In this document: one piece after another, positions 51,139 through 60,493 of the stretch
Layout: every line of letters begins with the position of its first letter
Numbering within the stretch: position 1 is the first letter of the stretch
IMG/VR virus record: IMGVR_UViG_3300011986_000206
Direction: 5' to 3' (one strand)
DNA length: 64,000 bases
From: a virus
Notes under the pieces: generated by a model
What the model was told of the DNA's origin: nothing
What the model saw: only the letters and a program-made list of their open reading frames with translations
The model's database searches: none
Translations under genes and position numbers: made by a program

Positions 51139-51963
51139 ATGAGTATTTGTTTTTTGGGAGACCAACATGGTAACATATCTAACTTTTTAAGAGTTATAGA
51201 TAAAATTGAAAAAGAACATAATCCACAAGTTTATTTTCAATTAGGAGACTTTGGTTTTATGGGAGAAGGATTTCTTAAATTCTTAAAAAATGTAAATAAA
51301 AAAATGAAATCTATTAATAAAAACATTTATTTTATTGATGGAAATCATGAAAATCATAATTGGCTTAGAAAAAATCAGATAGATGATTTGACTTTTATTG
51401 ATTCAAATGTTATTTATGTTAAAAGAGGAGCTATAATAACTTTGAATGAAATTAATCTTTTATGTGTTGGAGGAGCAATTTCGACAGATAGAAAATATAG
51501 AAAATTAAATAAGTCTTATTGGGAAGAAGAGGGACTAACAAAAGAAGAAATAGAATCTATAACTAAAAATTTATTAAAAAACAAAAAAGAAATTGATTTA
51601 TTTGTAACTCATGATTCTCCTTATAAATTAGATGGATTATTTAATTCAAATTATTTTAGCAATTATAGTGATTGTTTAAAAGCTATTGAACATAGAAAAG
51701 CTCTTCAACACTTCTTTGATTTAAGTAAATCAATAATAAATATTCATGGTCATAATCATAAATATTATTATGATGAAATAGTTGAAGGTAATAATGATAA
51801 TTATTATAAAAATAAAATAAAATATATTGAAATATGTTTAAATTGTGATGATGGAAAGGGGCAATATATGATATTTTCTAAAGAATTAATAAATCAATTT
51901 AAAGAAGATAATTATGAATCTGTTTATGATTATTTTCTAAAAAATAAGGAGAAAAAGAAATAA
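51139..51963 (+). CDS. calcineurin-like metallophosphoesterase
   Basis: GDQHG, LGDFG, DGNHE, THD, HGHNH. Confidence 0.92.
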   Translation: MSICFLGDQHGNISNFLRVIDKIEKEHNPQVYFQLGDFGFMGEGFLKFLKNVNKKMKSINKNIYFIDGNHENHNWLRKNQIDDLTFIDSNVIYVKRGAIITLNEINLLCVGGAISTDRKYRKLNKSYWEEEGLTKEEIESITKNLLKNKKEIDLFVTHDSPYKLDGLFNSNYFSNYSDCLKAIEHRKALQHFFDLSKSIINIHGHNHKYYYDEIVEGNNDNYYKNKIKYIEICLNCDDGKGQYMIFSKELINQFKEDNYESVYDYFLKNKEKKK

Positions 51964-51965
51964 AT

Positions 51966-52451
51966 ATGACAAAAGAGTATACATTTTTTATGATTAAACC
52001 AGAAGTTATTAAGAATAATAAACAAGATGAAATAATTGAAATAATTAAGGAAAATAATTTTATTATATCTCGATTAAAACAATTTAAATCTAATCGAGAA
52101 CAAATGGAAAAACATTATAATCATCTTGTCAATAAACCATTTTTTAATGAATTGATTAATTATATGACTTCTGGTGAGATTATAACTGGAATTTTATATA
52201 AAGAAAATGCAATCAATGACTGGAGAACACTAATGGGAACTACTAATCCTGAATTAGCTGAAGAAGGGACAATAAGAAATATGTTTGGATATAAAATAGA
52301 AGATATGATTTATAATTCAGTTCATGGGTCAGATTGTTTAGAAAATTTTATTGAAGAAGTAAATAATTGGTATCCATATTTTATAGAATTTAATAAAGAT
52401 AAAATTTCAGGATATAATGAAGAAAGTGAAGATAGTAATAGTAATGAATAA
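51966..52451 (+). CDS. ndk: nucleoside diphosphate kinase
   Basis: TFFMIKPE, GTTNP...GTIR, NSVHGSD. Confidence 0.95.
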   Translation: MTKEYTFFMIKPEVIKNNKQDEIIEIIKENNFIISRLKQFKSNREQMEKHYNHLVNKPFFNELINYMTSGEIITGILYKENAINDWRTLMGTTNPELAEEGTIRNMFGYKIEDMIYNSVHGSDCLENFIEEVNNWYPYFIEFNKDKISGYNEESEDSNSNE

Positions 52452-52866
52452 AAAATTAGATTTATCAGGAAAAATATTTCTTAAATATGAAAAATTATTT
52501 AATGAAATTGGTTATTCTTTTTCTCAAGAATGGTATCTTTCTCAAAAATATAACACCTTTTTATTAGTTATTTCTAATAATGAAAATGAATATTTTCATA
52601 TAATGAATTATATCTCTCCTAAAACAGGAATAAAATCATGGAGATTACATGATAAAAGTTCTAATAATTCAAAAGAAGCAATTAAACTCCAGAAAGATTT
52701 AATTGATGAATTGAAGAGAGGACCTCTCAATAAAAAGGAATATAAATTATTTAATGATATGATAGATGAATTAAGAAATATTTCTGAATCTTTTAAGGAT
52801 TATGAATCTCCAGAGGATTTGATAACAGATATAAATAATATTTTAGAATCATTTAAAGGTATTTAA
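52417..52866 (+). CDS. hypothetical protein (start may be ATG 52444)
   Basis: ORF coupled to ndk. Confidence 0.65.
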   Translation: MKKVKIVIVMNKKLDLSGKIFLKYEKLFNEIGYSFSQEWYLSQKYNTFLLVISNNENEYFHIMNYISPKTGIKSWRLHDKSSNNSKEAIKLQKDLIDELKRGPLNKKEYKLFNDMIDELRNISESFKDYESPEDLITDINNILESFKGI

Positions 52867-52912
52867 TAATAAAAATTAAAACTACTAAGAAAATTATCTT
52901 AGTAGTTTTTGT

Positions 52913-53203
52913 TTATTTATAATTATCAATCTGAATTATATTAGTATTTGCGACTTTCTTCGCTAGATTAGATGTTGCTTTTGTAGCTGTTCCACCTGAG
53001 CCAAATAAACTTGAACCAGCATAAACAAGAACTCCTACAATTGCGGCAATAGCTAAGAAGCCACCAAGTTCTCTAAATTGTCTGTTTTTAATAAAGTAGA
53101 TAGAAAATGCCGCTACTGCAATTAAGAAAGCAGGTCCAATCCAGTTTGAAGTTAAGTCAGTATAAATTTCTGTTAAACCTGATAAAAAAATTGTATCTAA
53201 CAT
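52913..53203 (-). CDS. small membrane protein, VirB2/pilin-like conjugation subunit
   Basis: two TM segments, last gene of conjugation operon. Confidence 0.55.
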   Translation of the reverse strand: MLDTIFLSGLTEIYTDLTSNWIGPAFLIAVAAFSIYFIKNRQFRELGGFLAIAAIVGVLVYAGSSLFGSGGTATKATSNLAKKVANTNIIQIDNYK

Positions 53204-53205
53204 AA

Positions 53206-54552
53206 TTATTTCCTTTCTGAATCATCTGTTTGTTGTTTTGTTATATAAACATAAGGAGCAAATTTTGTTACATAATAACCATCATCTGAATTAGTAATAG
53301 TAATAATGTAACGAGCAGAGTAAGAAGTTCCATTATTCTTAGAATCTTTCCATTTGACAACAACATCTGCTTTCCAAACATTTTTCTCTTCTGTTTTATA
53401 TATTTTAATATCGTTTATAGCTGATTCATCATCACCATCTAGTTGAACAGTATCTCCAAAACCATTAGTTAAAGACGGATCAGTTTTATTTGATATGTAT
53501 TGTAAAATATCATTATGAGATAAATTAGAAGCTTTAGCATAAGCTTTTAAGAATCCAGCAATTGTAGGGAATAATTTAGGTTTAATTTCTTCATCTTGTT
53601 CGCCAGTTCCTATAATTTCAGCTTCTGGTATTTTATTACGATTTTTCACTTCATAAGTAGGAATTAAAATAGGACTTTCAGGAGTAATTGATATAGTATC
53701 ATGTTCTTTATCATAATATACATTAATAGCAAAACTTACCCAATGCCCAGAGTTTCCTCCACTTGGACCAGAATTAGTAGTTCCTTTTTCATCTGTTACA
53801 AAAGCTGAGATTTTATATAATGTAGTATCTTCTCCTGAAGGAGAGATTTCAAATGTGTATGGTTCCCCAACTATTTTTTGTTTGTTTTGAACAGTAGAAT
53901 TATTTTGTATAGTGTTATTAAATGATTTATTATCATCATTTACTGCACCTGAATAAAATCTAACTAAAACATCTTGATTTGCTTTATCATTAGAGTCTAA
54001 AGTTAAATAATATTTTAGAAATTCTTCAGCAAAAGCTTGTCCTTTTTGAGTAGGGAATCCAGTCTCTCCAACTGCTGTTTTAGCTATTTGAGTAATTTCA
54101 TCTTTACTAAAGTTATTAGATGGAAAAAAAGTATTTTTAATTCCAAATCCAAATAAAGCTAAAACAACTAAAATTAATAATATTCTAAATAATTTTAATG
54201 GAGTTAAAGTATTTTTTCTTTTGTCAAAATCTTTAGCTCTAGCTTTTTTCCCTCCAATAGGAATGATTTTCATTTCTTTTTTGTCAACAAATTTATCATC
54301 ATTATCATTCCTATAATCATTTTCTTTATCTGGTTCTACAATGAAATTTTCTTCTTCATTATTTATAGATAAATCATGTTTAGGTAAAGAATTTTGTTTA
54401 ATCTCTTGTGGTACTTCATCTAAAAACTCTTCTTTTTGAACTTTTAGGAGTTCTTCTTTGTTAAGTTCTTTCACAGTATCATCAAATTGATTTAAAGGAA
54501 GGGTTGGAAGAGATGTTGATTTTGTATTTTTTTTCTTTTGTGGTAATGCCAC
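53206..54552 (-). CDS. TcpC/VirB8-like conjugal transfer protein
   Basis: single TM then two NTF2-like halves (AFAEEFLKYY; IAGFLKAYA). Confidence 0.7.
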   Translation of the reverse strand: MALPQKKKNTKSTSLPTLPLNQFDDTVKELNKEELLKVQKEEFLDEVPQEIKQNSLPKHDLSINNEEENFIVEPDKENDYRNDNDDKFVDKKEMKIIPIGGKKARAKDFDKRKNTLTPLKLFRILLILVVLALFGFGIKNTFFPSNNFSKDEITQIAKTAVGETGFPTQKGQAFAEEFLKYYLTLDSNDKANQDVLVRFYSGAVNDDNKSFNNTIQNNSTVQNKQKIVGEPYTFEISPSGEDTTLYKISAFVTDEKGTTNSGPSGGNSGHWVSFAINVYYDKEHDTISITPESPILIPTYEVKNRNKIPEAEIIGTGEQDEEIKPKLFPTIAGFLKAYAKASNLSHNDILQYISNKTDPSLTNGFGDTVQLDGDDESAINDIKIYKTEEKNVWKADVVVKWKDSKNNGTSYSARYIITITNSDDGYYVTKFAPYVYITKQQTDDSERK

Positions 54553-54607
54553 TTGTAATACTTCCTTTCTTTGATATGAGAATTATTTAGTGAGAATATC
54601 GTTACAG

Positions 54608-56980
54608 TCAGGAGAATATATTATTTAATTCATCTTTTCTATTTATTTTTTTAATCTCACTATTAGATGTAGATGTATTAAGTTTTCTTCTTCTAGGAAG
54701 ATGATTAACATTATTTAATTTTTTTTCTTCTTTATTAGAAGAATCTTGTTTATCTAAATCAACAGGTGGTAATGAAATAGTTTTTAATTTAGGTATATTA
54801 TTTTTCTTTTCTTCAATTAAAATGAGTTCTTCATTAACTTGTTCTTTTACAAGATTTAGAATATTTTCTCTATTATAATTATTTGATTTTAATTTTGTAT
54901 TTTCTTCAAAAGCTTGAGTGAAAGATTTGGGAATAGGAGCTAAAACTTCATCACATAATATAAATTGTAATTTTTGAGCAACAGTTCTTGTTACTTTTTT
55001 AAATGTTTTATCAGAGGATGCTTTTGTTATATAGAATCCAACTGATTCATATCCATTTTCAGGAATTGGTCTAGACAAAGACTGAAATTCATAAGGAGCA
55101 ATTATATAATCTTCCTCTATTGATTCAGTATATCTATAATCATTCTTCTTTAGTCCAAAATAATTTTCAAATAAAGAAGGCTTTTTATTATAATTAATTT
55201 GAACTGTCTTCTTAGGAATTTTACCAATTATTCCTGAGAAAATTTGAGCAGTTTCTTCAGTTGAACCATATAATACAATAAAGTTATTTATTGTATCTTT
55301 AATTGAATTAAATACAGCTTGTCCATTTTCAGGAGAAGAAACAATTATTTGTTCTAAAGATTGAATGGATAAATTTGTAAGGAATTTACTACTTCTTACT
55401 TTTTCAAGAATACTTTTTATTTTTAATGGTGATACAGCTTGAAATTCATCTATATATAAACCTATTTCATTTTCATTTCCCATTTCATATTTCATAGAAG
55501 AAACTCTACTTATATCCCCTAATATAATATTACCAAAAGAACGAGCAAATTCTTCTTCTTCTAATTGATTAAATTGGAATAAGATTATACTTTGTTCATC
55601 AGAAATTAATAAATCTTTTAAATTTATATGATATGGAGTTAATTCTGATTTAGCTAACCATGGGCCATAATTAGACATTACCATACTACTTAAAATTCCA
55701 TGTAATTCTCCCATTTGAGCATGAAATTCTTTTTCTCTAGGATCTGAAATTTTTTCATAGACTTCAAGTAAAATTTTTCTTTGTTGTTGGTCAATACTTG
55801 ATAATTTTCCTATTGCTTCTAATTCTTGAAATTGTTTTTCTATTTGTTCAATTAATAAACATAGATTATTTCCTTTTAGAATTGAGATAACTGTATATAA
55901 TCCACCTTCATTCCAGTTTATTATATCTTTAGTAGATTCTTTATCAACATTTTTACTTACATAAAATAAAATATTTAAAAGAGTTTTTGTTCTCTCTTTA
56001 TAAACATTAGAAGAAGAATCCCATTCTCTCAAGTTTAATAATATATCAACTAATGAAGATGTTGAACCATAACCTAAAGGGTCATAACTAGCTTGATTAT
56101 CACAGAAAGGATTAGAATATTTTCCAGGCTCTCCATTTACAAAATGATAAAATTTAATTCCTCTTTTCTTTGCTTCTTTAGAAAGAATATATGGATATTC
56201 TGGACCCTTTTTAAAGTCAATTAATAAAACACTTCTACCAGTAACAATGTCATTGTATATATTTTGTAAAAAGACTTTTGTTTTACCTGCACCAGTTGCA
56301 CCTGTATATAAAGTTCCTGTATCAGCTTCACTATAACTTCTTGAAACTAATCTTACTTTATCATTATTTTTGATTTCTCCATTATTAGAAGAACTTATAA
56401 ATGTTTCCCCTTTGCTGATTCCTAAAGGTGAGAAATTGTTATTAAAAAGTTTTCCTTCTTTTAATTTTTTTGTTAAATTTTTAATATATAATTTTTCAAA
56501 TATACTATATTTAAATTTATAGTCATAAAATAATCCAGGAAGCTTTTCTAACAAAGCTTTATTTTTTTTATACTTTATAATATTATAGTTATATAATATA
56601 AATGTTGATATAATACTAATTATAATAGTTATAAATATATAAGGAATTAATAAATTATCTAATAAAAATTTTATATCATTCCAAGAAGATAGAATATTTG
56701 TGATTATATTCCCTATATTATTAAATGGCTTTAAGATAATTATAAATAAACTTACTATAAAACTTTCAATTAATAAGATATAATTTATAAAACGTTGTCT
56801 CCATCTTAAATGTTTAACAAATAATAAATATTGAACAAGTGTTAAAATTATTGTAAATGGAAATAGAATTAAAAAAGGAATTAATAAATCAGATAGATTA
56901 CCTTTTTGTTTTTTAGGACTATCTAAATATTCTTCTTGTTTTAAATAATCATTATTATTCATTATTTTCCTTTCATACAT
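54608..56980 (-). CDS. VirD4/TraD-like type IV coupling protein
   Basis: N-terminal TMs, GATGAGKT, IDFKKG, YIDEFQ, QSLEQ. Confidence 0.85.
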   Translation of the reverse strand: MYERKIMNNNDYLKQEEYLDSPKKQKGNLSDLLIPFLILFPFTIILTLVQYLLFVKHLRWRQRFINYILLIESFIVSLFIIILKPFNNIGNIITNILSSWNDIKFLLDNLLIPYIFITIIISIISTFILYNYNIIKYKKNKALLEKLPGLFYDYKFKYSIFEKLYIKNLTKKLKEGKLFNNNFSPLGISKGETFISSSNNGEIKNNDKVRLVSRSYSEADTGTLYTGATGAGKTKVFLQNIYNDIVTGRSVLLIDFKKGPEYPYILSKEAKKRGIKFYHFVNGEPGKYSNPFCDNQASYDPLGYGSTSSLVDILLNLREWDSSSNVYKERTKTLLNILFYVSKNVDKESTKDIINWNEGGLYTVISILKGNNLCLLIEQIEKQFQELEAIGKLSSIDQQQRKILLEVYEKISDPREKEFHAQMGELHGILSSMVMSNYGPWLAKSELTPYHINLKDLLISDEQSIILFQFNQLEEEEFARSFGNIILGDISRVSSMKYEMGNENEIGLYIDEFQAVSPLKIKSILEKVRSSKFLTNLSIQSLEQIIVSSPENGQAVFNSIKDTINNFIVLYGSTEETAQIFSGIIGKIPKKTVQINYNKKPSLFENYFGLKKNDYRYTESIEEDYIIAPYEFQSLSRPIPENGYESVGFYITKASSDKTFKKVTRTVAQKLQFILCDEVLAPIPKSFTQAFEENTKLKSNNYNRENILNLVKEQVNEELILIEEKKNNIPKLKTISLPPVDLDKQDSSNKEEKKLNNVNHLPRRRKLNTSTSNSEIKKINRKDELNNIFS

Positions 56981-57039
56981 ATTGATTTAATAAAAATATC
57001 AATAATAGAGTGACATGTTACAGTCATACTATAAGCTCA

Positions 57040-57121
57040 TAGGAAGCTCTGGATTTGATTTTAGATGGTTAGTAGTATATTTATATTGAATAATAAATAA
57101 AACGCTAAGGAGAGCTTCCTA
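57040..57121. repeat. 82-bp inverted-repeat element, copy E (orientation as D)
   Basis: TAGGAAGCTCT-60 nt-AGAGCTTCCTA. Confidence 0.9.
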
Positions 57122-57142
57122 TAGCGTTTTAATGATATGTTT

Positions 57143-58381
57143 CTATTTAGGTATGACAAATGACATTCCTTCTGTTGGAGAAAGATGTCTCCATGCCATT
57201 ATATATTCTCCTGAAATATTCATTTCTGAAATTAGAAATGAGCCGTCTGGATAAACATGTTCTACAAATGCAACATGTCCATAAGTTGGGTCAGCTCCAG
57301 GAACATATGCTACAAATACAACAGCGGAACCAGCTACAGGTTTATTTGTTACTTTATATCCTTTAGCTTCTGCATTTTCATTCCATTCTGCACCATTACC
57401 TAAAAATGAATCAATAGAGTGCCCAGTTTGATTTATTCGATTATATACATACCAAGTGCAATTTCCTAAAGCATACGCATTTCCTGAGTAACCTGTTTGA
57501 GTTGTTTGCTTTGTTGGAACATCAAAATCAGAGTCTCTAATTTGACTAGTATGTGTAACATAAGCTCCTCCTGAATATCTTGCTAGACCTAAAGCATTAG
57601 CATTAAAGTTAGCATTAGCATGAGCAATTCTTTTTTCTTCTGCTTCTTTTTCTGCTTTTTTCTTTGCTTCCTCTTCAGCTTTACGTTTAGCTTCTTCTTC
57701 CTCTTTTACTTTAATAACTTTATCTAATTTGTCTTTATTAGAATTTAAATCTTCTAATTTCTTTTGTTCTTCTTTTTTTGCAACTTTTAGAGATTTTTCT
57801 TCATTTCCTAAAGTTGTTAATATTGACTCTTTATCTTTAATTGTTTCTTTTTTATTTTCTAAAGAATTATTTAAAGTAGAGTTTGTCATAACTTGAGTAG
57901 AAGATTGAGAGTAGTTATTAACTGTAGGTTGTGCATTTGAAGTATTATTATTTTGAACTAATTCAGTAGAAGTTGTCTTAATATTATTTTTAACATCTTC
58001 TATCTCATTTTTAGTTGCTGTTTGTTGAATTACTTTATTATCAATCTTTTTGTCATGAGAATCAATTTTAGATTTTGTTTCAGAAATATTACTTTCTAAT
58101 TCTTTCTTTAAATTTTTTAATTCATCTAAAGTTCCATCTGTTTTGACTTCTTCTTTTTTCTTTGAAATCTTAGTTGTTTCAATTTGAGCAATTGAAGGAG
58201 TTCCTAAACTTGTAACAGTTAGACCTTTTTTTTCTCCTTTTCCTTTGATACCAGTTTCAAATTTAACAATTTTATATTCATCAGCATGAGCTGTTTCTAG
58301 ATTTGTTAATAATGAAGCACCTAAAGTAGCAACCGATAATAATACTGCTGTTGATTTTAAGTTAATTTTTTTATTTTTAAT
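57143..58381 (-). CDS. secreted coiled-coil plus CHAP peptidoglycan hydrolase (PcsB-like), 412 aa
   Basis: GNCTWY, LGNGAEW, YGHVAFVE, SEMN; frame open 164 codons upstream of track start, with signal peptide. Confidence 0.85.
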   Translation of the reverse strand: MKNKKINLKSTAVLLSVATLGASLLTNLETAHADEYKIVKFETGIKGKGEKKGLTVTSLGTPSIAQIETTKISKKKEEVKTDGTLDELKNLKKELESNISETKSKIDSHDKKIDNKVIQQTATKNEIEDVKNNIKTTSTELVQNNNTSNAQPTVNNYSQSSTQVMTNSTLNNSLENKKETIKDKESILTTLGNEEKSLKVAKKEEQKKLEDLNSNKDKLDKVIKVKEEEEAKRKAEEEAKKKAEKEAEEKRIAHANANFNANALGLARYSGGAYVTHTSQIRDSDFDVPTKQTTQTGYSGNAYALGNCTWYVYNRINQTGHSIDSFLGNGAEWNENAEAKGYKVTNKPVAGSAVVFVAYVPGADPTYGHVAFVEHVYPDGSFLISEMNISGEYIMAWRHLSPTEGMSFVIPK

Positions 58382-58778
58382 TGTTCTTTACCGTCCTTTT
58401 CTTTCCCCTTTCAAAGTTTCTTTTTCACATCTTAAAAAACTTGTTTTGAAATAAATTTTATTTCTGACAATAATTAATTTAATTATTGAATCAGCAACTT
58501 GATTGTTCTTTTCAAGCTACGGTAAGGGAATAAATTTATAAATTAATCATTTAGATTAATTTTATAAGTTTTAATATCGTTAAGATATATTAAAACCTTA
58601 CTAAATCATTTTCATACACTGGTTTATTTGCCTTAAAGAATACATTTCCATGTTTAACTTGATGAATAAATGTTTCTTTATCCAACCAAGTGTTTTGACC
58701 ATGAACTCTTACTTTGTATTCATTTCCTTTAGTTTCTTTCAAAAAAATAATCATAATATATAAATTCCTTTTCTTTAT

Positions 58779-59477
58779 TTATTTTTCCCAGTTATCAATT
58801 TTTTCTTCTAATAATTCTTGTGTTAATTCATCAGAATTAAATTCTGTTAAAAGAGTTAAATCAAAATTAGAATATCCATCTAGACCAGTCTCTGAAATGT
58901 GAGAGAGTTGAGTTAGGTCTGGGACAAACCCGTCTCTAGCTTTTAATCTTCTAATTTGTTCTTCATCAGATATAATAATAGTTACAGCTAAACCTTTTTC
59001 ATTATGAACAGCATCAACTTCATTTGGGAAACGAGCATCTGAAATTACATAGGTAATTCCTTTTTCATTTCCAGGACGAATAACTTCATCAAATAATTTA
59101 TTAACCCAATAATTTTTATGATAATTCATTCGTCTTACATTTGTGCCCCAATATTGAAGAATTTTTAACATTACATTTGTTCTTGACCAAGAATTAAATT
59201 CAGGCCATTTTTCAGGACTTTTATTGTAAATTTCAATAAAGCCATTAATTTCATCAACTGTAGCATTTAGTTCAGTAGCAATGATAGATTTTGACTTACC
59301 CTCAGATAAAAGTCTCAATATATTATCAACTTCTTCTCTGAGTTTGTCTGCAAATGCAACTTTTTTAACATTCTTATATCTTTTAGTTAAATAGTTAGCC
59401 CAAAAATCTTTTCCATAACCTTTTCTTCCAGAAATAGAAATTACAGGTAGATTCTTTGTATTAATTAATTTTTTCAT
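58779..59477 (-). CDS. deoxynucleoside monophosphate kinase (phage-type)
   Basis: ISGRKGYGKD, FADKLR, LQYWGT, SDARFPNE, HISE. Confidence 0.85.
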   Translation of the reverse strand: MKKLINTKNLPVISISGRKGYGKDFWANYLTKRYKNVKKVAFADKLREEVDNILRLLSEGKSKSIIATELNATVDEINGFIEIYNKSPEKWPEFNSWSRTNVMLKILQYWGTNVRRMNYHKNYWVNKLFDEVIRPGNEKGITYVISDARFPNEVDAVHNEKGLAVTIIISDEEQIRRLKARDGFVPDLTQLSHISETGLDGYSNFDLTLLTEFNSDELTQELLEEKIDNWEK

Positions 59478-59635
59478 AATACTTTTATACTTTCTATTTT
59501 TTATTTCTTTAAATATTCCTCTCCTCTCATATTTGATTACTCGATATTAAGAATTGAAAATATAAATTCTTTAATATTTTACAATTTTTATTATATCAAA
59601 AAAAATCAAAAAATCAAAATAAAAAGAGGTCTATT

Positions 59636-60343
59636 ATGAATAATAATATTGATATTGTAGGAGCAAGTTTTCCTTTAGCAAAATTAAATTTAAAAAAAGG
59701 TGAATCAATTTATATTCAAACTGGTTCAATGATTTATAAAGATAATACACTAGAATTAAAAACTAGATTAAATGCTAAAAGTAATAATTTCCTAATAAAA
59801 TTTACAAAAGCATTTTTTAGAAGTTTAACTTCTGGTGAAAATATGTTTGTTACAGAAGTTTTTGCACATAATGATGGAACAATTGCAATAGCTCCAACTG
59901 TTCCAGGTCAAATTGGTATTTTAAATATTGACGAGAATCATCAATATAGATTAAATGATGGAGCTTTCTTAGCAATGGAAGGTTCAGCAAATTATGTTAT
60001 GAAATCTCAGTCAATAGGGAAAGCATTATTTTCTAATACAGGAGGATTTTTTGTTATGGAAACAACAGGAAAAGGTTCATTATTAATAAATGCTTTTGGT
60101 TCTATTGAAAAAATACATTTAAATGGAAATTCTATAACAATTGATAATGGAAATGTTATTGCATGGGATAAAAATTTATCATATAATATTCATTTTGAAA
60201 ATAATTGGATTCAGTCAATTGGAACAGGAGAAGGTTTAGTTAATACTTTTACAGGAACAGGAGATATATACATACAAACTTTAAATTTACAACAATTTGC
60301 TTCTGAAATAAGTCCTTTAATTATAAGTCCTAATAATAAATAA
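59636..60343 (+). CDS. AIM24/TIGR00266 family protein
   Basis: GSM, SGENMF, DGAFLA, GGFFVM, DNGNVIAW, GEGLV. Confidence 0.9.
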   Translation: MNNNIDIVGASFPLAKLNLKKGESIYIQTGSMIYKDNTLELKTRLNAKSNNFLIKFTKAFFRSLTSGENMFVTEVFAHNDGTIAIAPTVPGQIGILNIDENHQYRLNDGAFLAMEGSANYVMKSQSIGKALFSNTGGFFVMETTGKGSLLINAFGSIEKIHLNGNSITIDNGNVIAWDKNLSYNIHFENNWIQSIGTGEGLVNTFTGTGDIYIQTLNLQQFASEISPLIISPNNK

Positions 60344-60493
60344 AACAGACAATTTAAATTGTCTGTTTTTTAATGTATGAATAAAGCATATAAAATTTGC
60401 AATACGGGAATTAATATACTAAATATTAATAATAAACATAATATATAACTAATAATCTTATTAATACTAAATTTATCTTTATTATTAAATATT

